From assembly GCF_000143415.4 (NCBI RefSeq), contig NW_003314267.1, forward strand, positions 3,223,407 through 3,287,406: a DNA stretch of 64,000 bases, read 5' to 3'. Positions 37,437-49,464 of this stretch are shown piece by piece (position 1 is the stretch's first letter; the number at the start of each line of letters is the position of its first letter). Made by a program: the position numbers and the translations under genes. Source of the DNA: Selaginella moellendorffii (Eukaryota > Plantae > Lycopodiophyta). The notes beneath the pieces are model-generated. The model saw nothing but the letters and a program-made list of their open reading frames with translations. It did no database searches and was not told the origin of the DNA.

Positions 37437-37779
37437 TTTTGATGCCAAAATCTTGTCTCCCAAGAATAAGTAATTTTTCAACAAGGCAAGGCCATCTCGT
37501 TACGTGATGAACATTTTTGGTACTGAATGTGTAGAGTGTGATTGTCTTCCAACATATATAATTTTGAGGTGACTACTATTATGAAGTTGATGTGGAAGAA
37601 GATGAAGATGAAGAATTAATGTAATATAAGAGTGGATTTTCATATGTATAGTGTGGGTTAGCTTTCAAGTTTCATTCTATAGTGTGGGTTTGCTTTCATT
37701 TAATATAAGTACTTCATAATGTTTGCTTTATAGTATTTAGAAATTTATTACTTTATATTAGTCAAAAGACATACATATG

Positions 37780-38746
37780 TTATTTTAAACAGAGTCCTCT
37801 AATGGATTTTCCTCTACCAATTTGAGGTTGAAAAACTGTTCCTTCTGTTGTGCCTTTATCACTTTCTTCCCCTTTAGTTGTGGCACTGGAGTTTCTTAAT
37901 CTTCTAGCCATATTTTTTTTAATATAGCCTACAATTTCCTGATCTTGTTCCAATGATAGTACATAATGGCCATTGTTGGCAGCTGCAAGAAGGGCTCTCT
38001 TATGCCACTAAAAATGTCTAAAACAATCTCTTTTTTAGGTGTTGTGCAATGCATGAGAAAGTCAAGGAAGTTTGGATTTATCTCTAACCTTCTGACCATG
38101 TTGGTGTTATTGTCATAAAGTGGCTTTATATTTTCCTCAATAAATTCAAAGTAGTCGTCATTGAGGTCCCAAGATTCATTGTAGTGAATCTTGGAGGTGA
38201 GGCCTTTGGTCTTGCCAAAGACATTTTCATTGTTGATTTTTGCAATGATTTTTGTTAATATTGAGAGAACTTATGATTGTGTAAACCTTTGTTTTGCCAA
38301 GTCCATCAATTGTGTAGTTAAATGGAAAGTCATTCAGAATTGTGTATGATCAATGGATTTTTATATACCGCCAGTGACACTCTTTGTAAATTGTTGGCAG
38401 CCAGTTCTCACATAAAATATTGCAATCCATCTGTCATCATCCACTATCTTTTCTGCCATAGCTACTAAGTGGTTGATGAGGTCATATATGCACTTTTGCC
38501 CTCTATATTTTCTTTCTCATTATGAGGTAGCACACATAGTACAAGGTGTGCTCCATAGTTTTAGAGGTTGTTTTTCATAAATTTAGTCCTTATCATCTCA
38601 AGGAACTCCTTCATTGCTTCCCACTTTGTGTTGATCTTTTTTGATATCACTCTTTTTTTTTGTGTGGTCTTTGAGCCTTCCAAAATATCAATTCCCTTCT
38701 TCCTCAATACCTTTTTATTCCCCTTTGTTGTTACCTTTGCCAACAT
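37780..38746 (-). pseudogene. Beta-class amino-DNA methyltransferase (N6_N4_Mtase-like) pseudogene
   Basis: Manual translation across stops and frameshifts: EAMKEFLEMI..AHLVLCVLPH; LINHLVAMAEKIVDDDRWIAIF; EINPNFLDFLMHCTTPKKEIVLDIFSGI/RALLAAANNGHYVLSLEQDQEIVGYI. Confidence 0.66.
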
Positions 38747-40413
38747 TTCCCTTATGTCCTTTACTTACCTTTAAGTCATATTTATCTACCCCTCTCTCGA
38801 AATCTATTTTTTCAAATTTTGGACACTCGTCTAAGGTGTAGTCAAGCCACTATGAACAACTTTGTTGAATTCAAATGGTGTTATTGTGAGAATAAATCTA
38901 TAAGCGATTAAATTTTCCATTTTACTTTAGTCACTTAACCACACCTTTGACCATTTAAAGGAGTCTCACTCACAACTTCCATAAGTCTTATTTAGGACTT
39001 GGGGATATGTTAGCCCTATGGATGGCATCTATGCCATTTAGCTTTTGCATTTAGTCCAAGTGCTTCATATGTTCAATCCCATAACCAACACCCAAAGGTA
39101 CCATCAATATATAATTTTGTTTTGGCCCTACTTATTCACCCTTGTCACATCAGTAGTCCAAGACCACTTGCATCACAATTTTATCTCTCAAAGATTGGGT
39201 CATCCATCTTTGAGTGGTCATCCCTTGACCACACCTTAACACCCTTAAGATGCCTAAAGACATGGGGAATACCCTTTCATAATGTCCTTTCTTCCATCCT
39301 CACCAAATCCCTCTTCATTCCCATGCTCATCAACGCTGCCACTAGGTCAAAGCCCAAGGCCTGACTAAATCCCATTGTCCTTTAAAACTTTCTCACCATA
39401 TGACTGTATCCTTGGTCATTAGAGGATTACTCTTCTTCTTTTTTATAGTCTAGGATTTTGGGATGACATTTCGAAACACCATGGCCTTATGCGAACATCG
39501 TGGCCCTACACGAGCCTTGTGGGTACTCTCCCCACCTTCCACCTTTATGTGCCCTAGATATGTGGCTAGAGTGAGGTTCTGATAAGCCACACCAGGTATC
39601 CAAGTAGGTAGTGCCATTCACACTTGGATTGGGAGCATCGACTATTCGATCTTCTGGGGGAGCTAGAGTTAGCTCTTGAACACTTCACTAAGTTATCTTG
39701 TTTGTCCATATTCACTTTTGCCTTGGACTCCTTAATAGTTATATCATCACTCAACATGTGGGTATAACTGTCCTTGGTCATATTGGCCTTTCTGAGCTAA
39801 ACTGGCTCCACTAGAGTCCTCCCCCTACTATACTTTTGGAGCTCACCAAACCCCTCAGGGTTTGGGAGACGAATGCTTTAGGCTTTCACCCCTAGACTTG
39901 AACTCGGACTCGGACTTGGTTTTGAACTTGGTCTTAGCCTTAGTCTTGGCCTCGGTCTTGGTCTCGGTTATGGTCTCAATCTCAGTCTTGACCTTGGACC
40001 CTATCTCAAGTCCATCTCAGACTCCATCTCATATCCATCTTATACTCCATCCCTTTTCAAACTCCATCTTGGACTCCATCTCGAGTCCATCTCAGACTCT
40101 ATCTCGAGTCCCTCTCGAACTCTATTTTGAACTCCATCTTGGATCCATCTCAGACTCCATCTTGAGTCCATGTTGGACTCCATCTCATACTCCTTCTTGG
40201 GTCCATCTTGGACTCCTTTTTGGGTATATCTTAGACTTTACCTCAACATTTCCACATATCATGTGTTAGTCCTTTTGTATCCCTTTTCTAAAGACTCACT
40301 TATTGCTTGCTTCGTGCTCGTTCCTTAAACACTTTGTTGAGAGTTTCACTCCCACTCTTGACTATTGAAGTTGGAGCTTTTAGTCCAAACATGGCTTCTA
40401 CTTTGGCTATTAC

Positions 40414-43400
40414 TGTGAGACACAAAATCCCTAGGCCCCGAAGTGGAGCTGGAAAGGGTGCCACGTGGTAGTGGCCGAAGTGAAAGCCAAACGAGTGTAA
40501 CACATTTGGACTAAAAGCTCTAACTTGGAAGGTCGAGAGCGGGAGTGGAACTCCCAACAAAGTGCTCAAGGAGCGAGCACAAAGCGAGCAATAAGCAAGG
40601 CTCCAAAAAGGGACCCAAAAAGGACCAACACATGACACGTGGATGTGTCCGAGATGGAGTCCGAGGTGGACCGAGACGGAGTCCGAGATGGACCCGAGAT
40701 GGAGTCTGAGATGGAGTCCGAGATGGACCCGAGATGGAGTCCGAGGTGGAGTCCAAGGTGGACCGAGACGGAGTCCGAGATGGACCCGAGATGGAGTTTG
40801 AGATGGACCGAGACGGAGTCCGAGATGGAGTCCGAGATGGAGTCCGAGATGGAGTCTGAGATGGACCGAGATGGAGTCCGAGATAGAGTCCGAGATGGAG
40901 TCCGAGAAGGACCCGAGATGGAGTCCGAGGTCAAGACCGACATCGGGACCGAGACCGGGACCGGGACCGAGATCAAGACTGGGACCAAGACCGGGACCGG
41001 GACCGAGACCGAGGCCAAGGCTGAGACCGAGTTCGAGCCCGAGTTCGAGTTCGAGTCCGAGTTCGAGTCCAAGTCCGAGTCCGAGTCTGAGTCCGAGTTC
41101 GAGTCTGAGAGAGTGAAAGCCCAAAGTGTTCGTCTCCTAGACCCTAGGGGGTTTGGTGAGCTCCAAAAGTATAGTAAGGGGGAGGACTGCAGTGGAGCCA
41201 GTTTGGCCAGGAAAGGCCAGTTTGGCCCAGGGAGGCCAGACCCAGTGTTGGGTGATGAACTGACCACTGGGAAGTCCAAGACTAGAGTGAATACGGATCG
41301 ACAAGCGGGGTAGCTTGGTGAAGTGTTCAAGAGCCGGCTCTAGTTCCCCTTGGAGATCGACTGGCCGATGCTCCCAGTCCAAGTGTGGGTGGCACTACCT
41401 ACTTGGATACCAGACGTGGCTCAACGGAACCTCGCTCTAAGCCCATGGCTAGAGCACCTAATGGCGAAAGGCGGGGAGAGTACCCAGGTGGCTCGCATAA
41501 GGCCACGGTGTTCCGAAATGTTGTCCCAAAGGCCTAGACTGTGGAAAGGAAGAGGAGCAGTCCTCTGGGGTAGTGACCAAGGACACAGTCGTGTGGTGAG
41601 GAAGTCCCAGGGGATCATGGGACTTAGTGGTTGGGCTTGTGGGCCTCGATCCAGTGGCAGTGTTGGCAAACACGGCCAGGGGCAAAAAGGGACATAGTAG
41701 GAACTGACAAAGGGACTTTGGGTGGGAGGTCAAATACGGAAGAAGACGCTAGTCCTTGAAATGGTAGCCAGGGCTACCTTTAATAAATGCTGAACAACCC
41801 AAGGAGTTGGGGGGTGTACTTAGAGATGAGTTGGTATTCTCATCACATGGACAAGTAGTCCTAAGGGGCAAAGGTTGCCCCAAAGAATAAAATCAAGTGT
41901 CAGAGTAACATTTGTGAAAATAGTCCTTGTGAGTGAGGACATGAATGCAAGAAGTGTATTCCAGTGAGCTAGTGCCCGACAAGTAGGACCTTACGGGTCT
42001 ATGGATTAACCAAGTCCAAAACTGCTGGATGACTCAAGTAGAGTCAAGGAATGGTCCTAAAGGACTGATGGAAGCATTTGGACTGAAGTGTGTGGTACCC
42101 CACGAAGGATAGGGGGGATCATAGGATCCAAGGATGAGAACAAAGGGTATCTCATCGATGGCAAAATGTGCCATGCTAAAGTCATGGGAAGGGTGTTCCC
42201 AAAAAGAAAACAACTTTGAAACAAAGTTGTGTGTGACCTCTATGGTGTAGTGTTGATGGATGGTTGGCATGAGAAAGAGCGGTATTGGTCTTGGCAAAGA
42301 CTTAGACACAAAGAAGAAGTGTCATAGAGGTAGGCTCGTGGAGCCAATGGTGTGGAGACACCAAATGTGCCAAGGTGTGATACCTTGAGGCTATGTTGGT
42401 GGGTTCATGAGAACCCCTTGCCAAAGGAATCCCAATGGAAATAGGAATGGCATAGCCTAAGCTGCAGAGCATGCAGTTGGAGTGTGGTGACCCAGATAAT
42501 GATGGAGGTGTGGAAGCACCAGCAATGAGTTGTAGGACTTGACAACTATGAGGCAACTAAGCAAGAGGTGCAAATAATTGGTTAAATGGGTAGAAGGTAA
42601 CTACCCAAGCCTTCTTAATGGCATAAGGAAATTGGATATACCCTTATGGGGGATAAGTTGCTTATGTTGTGATATAGTAAGTCAATATCATGAAAGGAAA
42701 TACTCATTGTCAAGGAAGCCGTCATTGGGACACCTAAACACTCTAGAACACTAGGAGGTGGTGTTTGATGTCGCAAGGGCAATAGATAAGGCCCAAGGGA
42801 CTAAGTCCCTAGCGAATGATGGATAGAAGGTGCTATCCAAATGTCCAAGGTGGCAGAGACAGGAGAAGACTGTCTACTCGAATTGGACAAAGCCAAAAAT
42901 GGAATTTTGGTAAGGCTAGCGATGGGCATGTAAAGGCCCATAAGTAACAACGTAATCTCGGTGTGTGGGATTATAGGGTGAGCATACCTGGATTGAGGAA
43001 CCACTCCCTAGGCTATCGGGTAGGTTCATCCCTAAGAATACTTGCTAAGGCATGATAGAAAGTGCAAAGCTATCTTCTTGGTCTGGAGGAGAATGACCGA
43101 AGGAAAGGTGTGAAGCCAAAAGCAAGAAGTATGGGGGTAGAACCAAACCATAGGAATCGAAGGGCATAACCAAGGTTGGTTATGCCAGCTGGGAGTGGAG
43201 AATCAAGTGGAGGGTGTTGCCGCTAGCAACCGTGATGCCATGGAGAGTCTAAAATACGGAATTGTCCATGTTAGACTATATGGTAATTGGAAAGCTTGCA
43301 AAAAGGGAGGCCTTAGCAAGCTAAGGGACAGAGTTCCTTCAAGGTTCCCAAAGATGATTCTAGGTAGCTTAGTACCTAAAAAGGCCAAGTGTAAATGGTT

Positions 43401-46400
43401 CAAAGCACGCGCGAAATTAGAGTGGCACAGCAGAAGCGTGGTCTTGAAGCTTGCCATGAGGCAAGACTATCAAGGTTAGGGAAGTAGCTCCCGAGTGTTC
43501 AAAGAGAGGGCTTTGAACGAAAGTCGATGATCAAGGGCTTTCACGCTTGTGCAGGAACCATGTTACAGTGGTCGGAGGACTTGCCAAAGCGAGATTGGCA
43601 AGTCAGGGGAACAAATACCCTAGTTGAAGGTGATAACTTCAAAAAGGGTGGGCCATGGGGCCAAGCATGGAGGAGTCCATGCATGATCACAGACTTGTCA
43701 AGTGAGAGGACTTGGCAATGTGGGGGAATTAGGTTTCTAAGCTGTGATATATAGCGCGCTTTGAGTATAAGTTGGTGCACCGGCGTGGGGAGTCATGCCA
43801 GGCATCCTGGGTGATGCCGTCCGTAGATGCATATACGGAGGTTGGGTTCGAGTCTCGACCCTCTAGTGCTTGGGTTCGAGTCCCAACTCACTAGGGCGTG
43901 GTGATGGTTTGGAATATGAGGACACTCATTTTTCGGTGGTCATGGACTCTCAGTGGGGAGACTGGTTTGGGCACACCGCCAAGTGAGGGATGCCTCAGAG
44001 TCGTGATGCACAGTTAGATTGCTTAGAGTGAAAGCTCAGCATATCTAACTTGAACACTTTGGTGCAAAGGGCACCAAGGACGTGGTGAATGAGATGGGGA
44101 CACCCAATCTCAGTTGCTATGGATCCTTGGCCGGAAGGGCTGGCTTGGGCGCACCGCCAAGTGTGGGGGATGCCCCCGGGGTCATAGTCAACAACTTAGA
44201 AGGGTCTAGAAGACTTAGTCCCTATTGATAGACCTATTAAGGGGTCAAGATAAGATCACTAGGTGATCTTGTGGCTAAACAAGGACAAAGTCTTTGTTTG
44301 GGTTAAGGAATATGATTCCTAGTTCAAAGTGTTGATTTGAATTATTGATAAAGGTGTGGCTTGGTTGAGGTGACCAAATGAGAAGAACACCTAAGGGAAA
44401 TGAGCTATGTCAATGCTATGGCATAGTAAGTCCAAGGAAAGTAGTCTCTATAAAAGATCCAAGGGAGGGTCTCAAAAAGTTGGGCCGTGGATAGAGCCCA
44501 CGACAGAAAATGTTAAAGAGACGTACTAGGGGTGAACACCCTCTGGACTTGGCAAAGCAAAGTGTTTGCCATGGAACTGAAAGGAAACCTCAAAAATGGA
44601 GGTAGCGATCCTATGTTGCTTGGTGCAACAATCCAAGGATAGGAGCAAAAGACAAGTGCCCAAGATAGGGCCGTGGAATCCATTGGAAAGAATCCAAGTG
44701 GCAAAGTTAGCCAAGGAACACTAATGTGTTTGATGCTAACGGATTGCGGAAAAAGAAGTGGACTTCCAAGGATGGATTCCCAAGTGCTCCAATTGGGCAA
44801 AGGAAAGGCTCCAAGTGAGGGAGCAACTAAGTAACCAAAAGATAGGGCCGTGGACAGCCCTAGCACAAATAATGATAAATGGAACGTAATGCCAATGGTG
44901 GCACAAAAATAGAAAAGAGGATGAGGGTGCCTTCGAGTAGAGAACTTCCTAGGAGGGGAAGTGGAGTTGCACAAAATGTGCAAGGCAAGGTGTCAGAAAC
45001 ACCTAGGAAATTGACTCCAAAAAAGTCAAGAGTAAACGTTCCAAAGTGCAAAGGTAGATCAATGGAATCTGTGACTACTCAAGAATGAGTAGTGGAATTG
45101 AGTTAGAGAGGGTGTCTCTAACGGGTTTAGCGAGAACTGAACCAATAAAAAGGAGCAAACCACCCTAGGTGGTCAAGTGAGTCTCTAAGTTGGAGAAACT
45201 ATCCTCCTTTGAGGATGGGCAAGGCATGGTGAGCCTTTGGTGTCAAACCATTGACGAATATGGAGAAGGCATGGTGAGCCTTCAATGTCAAACCATTGAC
45301 AAATATTGGCTAGGTGCCAAGGATGGAAATGGTAACACATGCGGGTGTTACTTTATAAAATGGTTTACCGTTCGATGAGGACATCGAACTTCATCTATGG
45401 GTGGTGGAGTTGTGAGACACAAAATCCCTAGGCCCCAAAGTGGAGCTGGAAAGGGTGCCACGTGGTAGTGGCCGAAGTGAAAGCCAAACGAGTGTAACAC
45501 GTTTGGACTAAAAGCTCTGACTTGGAAGGTCGAGAGCGGGAGTGGAACTCCCAACAAAGTGCTCAAGGAGCGAGCACAAAGCGAGCAATAAGCAAGGCTC
45601 CAAAAAGGGACCCAAAAAGGACCAACACATGACACGAGGTGGAGTCCAAGGTGGACCGAGACGGAGTCCGAGATGGACCCGAGATGGAGTCTGAGATGGA
45701 CCGAGACGGAGTCCGAGATGGAGTCCAAGATGGAGTCTGAGATGGACCGAGATGGAGTCCGAGATAAAGTCCGAGATGGAGTCCGAGAAGGACCCGAGAT
45801 GGAGTCCGAGGTCAAGACCGAGACCGGGACCGAGACCGGGACCGGGACCGAGACCAAGACCGGGACCAAGACCGAGACCGAGACTGAGACCGAGGCCAAG
45901 GCTGAGACCGAGCCCGAGCCCGAGTTCGAGTCCGAGTCCGAGTTCGAGTCCGAGTCCGAGTTCGAGTCCGAGTCCGAGTTCGAGTCTGAGAGGGTGAAAG
46001 CCCAAAGCGTTCGTCTCCCAGACCCTGGGGGGTTTGGTGAGCTCCAAAAGTATAGTAAGGGGGAGGACTGCAGTGGAGCCATTTTGGCCAGGAAAGGCCA
46101 GTTTGGCCTAGGGAGGCCAGACCCAATGTTGGGTGATGAACTGACCACTGGGAAGTCCAAGACTAGAGTGAATACGGACCGACAAGCAGGGTAGCTTGGT
46201 GAAGTGTTCAAGAGCCGGCTCTAGTTCCCCCTGGAGATCGACTGGCCGATGCTCCCAGTCCAAGTGTGGGTGGCACTACCTACTTGGATACCAGACGTGG
46301 CTCAACGGAACCTCGCTCTAAGCCCATGGCTAGAGCACCTAATGGCGAAAGGCGGGGAGAGTACCCAGGTGGCTCGCATAAGGCCACGGTGTTCCGAAAT

Positions 46401-46986
46401 GTTGTCCCAAAGGCCTAGACTGTGGAAAGGAAGAGGAGCAGTCCTCTGGGGTAGTGACCAAGGACACAGTCGTGTGGTGAGGAAGTCCCAGGGGATCATG
46501 GGACTTAGTGGTTGGGCCTGTGGGCCTCGATCCAGTGGCAGTGTTGGCAAACACGGCCAGGGGCAAAAAGGGACATAGTAGGAACTGACAAAGGGACTTT
46601 GGGGAAGGCGATTCCCCAGGTCTGTGGGCATCCTAAGGATGCTAAGGAGTGGATCTAGGATGACCACTCGTGGACAGATGGCCCAGTCTTGGAGAGACGG
46701 GATGGTGATGCAAGTGGTATTGGACCACTAGTGCACCAAAGGTGAATGGGCATGGCCTTAGTGTAACGGGTCGAGATGTCAGTGGTACCTTTGGGTGTCG
46801 ATCTTGGGACCGGGCACGTGGAGCACTTGGACCAGGTGCAAGTGTTGGGTGGCATGGATGCCATTCTTGGGGCTAGCAAGTCCCAAGTCCTGAATTGGAT
46901 TGATGGAGGTTGTGAATGAGACTCCTCCAAGTGGTCGGAGGTGTGGTTAAGTGACTAAAGTAGAATGGAAAATTTAGTCGCTTACA
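40414..46986 (+). mobile_element. Family A copy A3, inserted in opposite orientation in the A4 LTR (5' LTR 40414-~41722 truncated, 3' LTR 45411-46986)
   Basis: TSD ATTAC at 40409-40413 and 46987-46991; termini TGTGAGAC...CGCTTACA; PPT GGGTGGTGGAG at 45399-45409. A deletion at ~41722 removes the LTR end and PBS. Confidence 0.94.
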
Positions 46987-49464
46987 ATTACCATGTGGCA
47001 CCCTTTCAGCTCTATTTTGGGCCTTAGAGATTTGTGTCTCACAACTCCACCACCCATAGACAAAGTTTGATGTCCTCATCGAATAATAAATTATTTTATA
47101 AAGTAACACTATCAAGTATTACCATTTCCATCCTTAGCACCAAGCCAATATTCGTCGATGGTTCAACACCGAAGGCTCACCATGCCTTGCTTATCCTTTA
47201 AAGAATATAGTCTCTTCAACATAAAGACTCATTCGACCACTTGTGGTGGTTCTCTCCCTTTATTGATTTAGTTTTTATTAAACCTGTTAGAGACACTTTC
47301 TCTATTTCAATCTCACTACTCATTTTTGAGTAGTTTCAACTTCTATTGATATAACCATTGCACTTTTTGAGTTAATTTTGACTTTTCGAGTTAATTTTCT
47401 AGGTGTCTTCAACATCTTGCATTAGAAACTCCATTTCCCCATCTTAGGAAGTTCTCTACTTGAGGGCACCATTATCCTCTCTTCTATTTTGTGCCACGTT
47501 CGACATTAAATCCTAGTTATCATAATTTGTGCTAAGGTTGTCTATAGCCCTATTATTTGGTTATTTTGCCGCTTCCTCTCTTAGAGCTTTTACTTTTGTG
47601 AAATCGAAGCATTTGGGAATCCATCTTTGAAAATATATTGTCTTTCCCACAATCCATTAGCATCTAGCATATTAATGTTCCTTGCCTAACTTTATTTTTT
47701 GGATTCCTTTCAATGATTCCTATAGCCCTTTCTTGGCTATTAGTCCTTTGTTCTTATCCTTTGATTGTTGCACTAAGTAACATAGGATTATTACCTTCAT
47801 TCTTGAGGTATAATTTTGGTTTTATAGCAAAGACTTTGCTTTGCGAAGTCCAGAGGGTGTTCCCCCTAGTAAGTCTCTTTAACATTTTTTATTGTAGGCT
47901 CTATCCACAACCCAATTTTGTGACCTTCCTATAAATTTTTCATAAAGATTACTTTTTTGGATTCACTATACTATTGTATTGACACCACTCATTTCCCTTA
48001 GGTGTCCTTTCCACTTGGTCATTGTAACCAAGTGACACTCTTACCAATAGTTCAAATTAACACTTTGAACTAGGAATTTCATTTTTTAACCAAACAAAAA
48101 CCTTGTTTTTGTTTAGCCACAAGATCATCTAATGATTTCATCTTGACACTTTAACAGGTTTGCAAATAGAAATTAAATCTTCTAGACTTTTAAGTTGTTG
48201 ACTATGGGGGCATCCCTTACACTTGGCAGTGCGCCCAAGTTAACCCTTCTGGCTAAAGATCTATAACAACTAAGATTGGGTTTCCCCATCTCATTCACCA
48301 CGTCTTTGGTGCCACTTGCACCAAAGTGTTCAAGCTAAATATGCTAAGCTTTCATACTAAGCAATTTAACCATGCATCACGACTCTGGGCCACTTAGCAG
48401 TGTGCCCAAGTTAGTCTTCTTACTGAAAGTTTATGACCACTAAAAAATTAGTGTCCTCATATTCTAAACCATCACCACACCCTAGTGAGTTGGGACTCGA
48501 ACCCAAACACTAGAGGGTTGGGACTCAAACCTAACCTCTATATATGCATCTACAGATGGCATCAACTAGGATGCCTAGCATGACTCCCCATGCTGGTGCA
48601 CTAATTTATACCTAAAGTATACTATAAATCATAGTTTATGAACCTAGTTCTTTTGAACTACCAAATCTTCTCATTTGATAAGCCTGTGATCATATATGGA
48701 CTCCTCCATGTTTAGCTCCATGGGCCATCCCTTTTGAAGTCAACACCTTCAACTAGGGTCTTTATTTCCTTGACTTGCCAATTTTGCTTAGCAAGTCACC
48801 CGACTAGCATAACATAGTTTCATGCATAATCGTGAAAGTCCTTAACCATCAACTTTCATTCAAAACCATATCTTTGAACACTTAGGAACTAGTTCTCTAA
48901 CCATAATAGCCTCACCTTTTGGCAAGCTTCAAGATCACGCTTTTGCTATGCCACTTGAATTTTGTGTGTTCCTAAGAACCATTTACACTTGTTTTTCTAA
49001 ATATTAACTTACTTAGAATTGTCCTTAAGAACTTTGAAAGGACTTTATCTTTTAGCTTGCTAAGGCTTCTCCTTTCAGAAGCTTTTTAATTGCCATATAG
49101 TTTAATATGGACAATTTCATACTTTAGACTCTTTGTGACATCGTGATCGTTAGTAGCAACACTTTTGAGCACTCACTTAATTCTCCACTCCCAATTTGTA
49201 TAACCACTCTCGGTTATACTCTTCAATTGCTATAGTTCAGTTCCATCCCTTTATTTGCTTTTGGCCTCACATATTTACTTCAATTATTCTCCCTAGTCTA
49301 GGAGGATAATTTTGCACTTTCTACCATGCCTTAGCAAGTATTCTTAGGGATGAATTTATTTGATAGCCTAGAGAGTGGTTCCTTAATTTGGATATATTCA
49401 CATTGTAATCTTCCACACTAGAATTAATGTTATTACCTATGGGCTTTTATATGCCTTTTACTAG

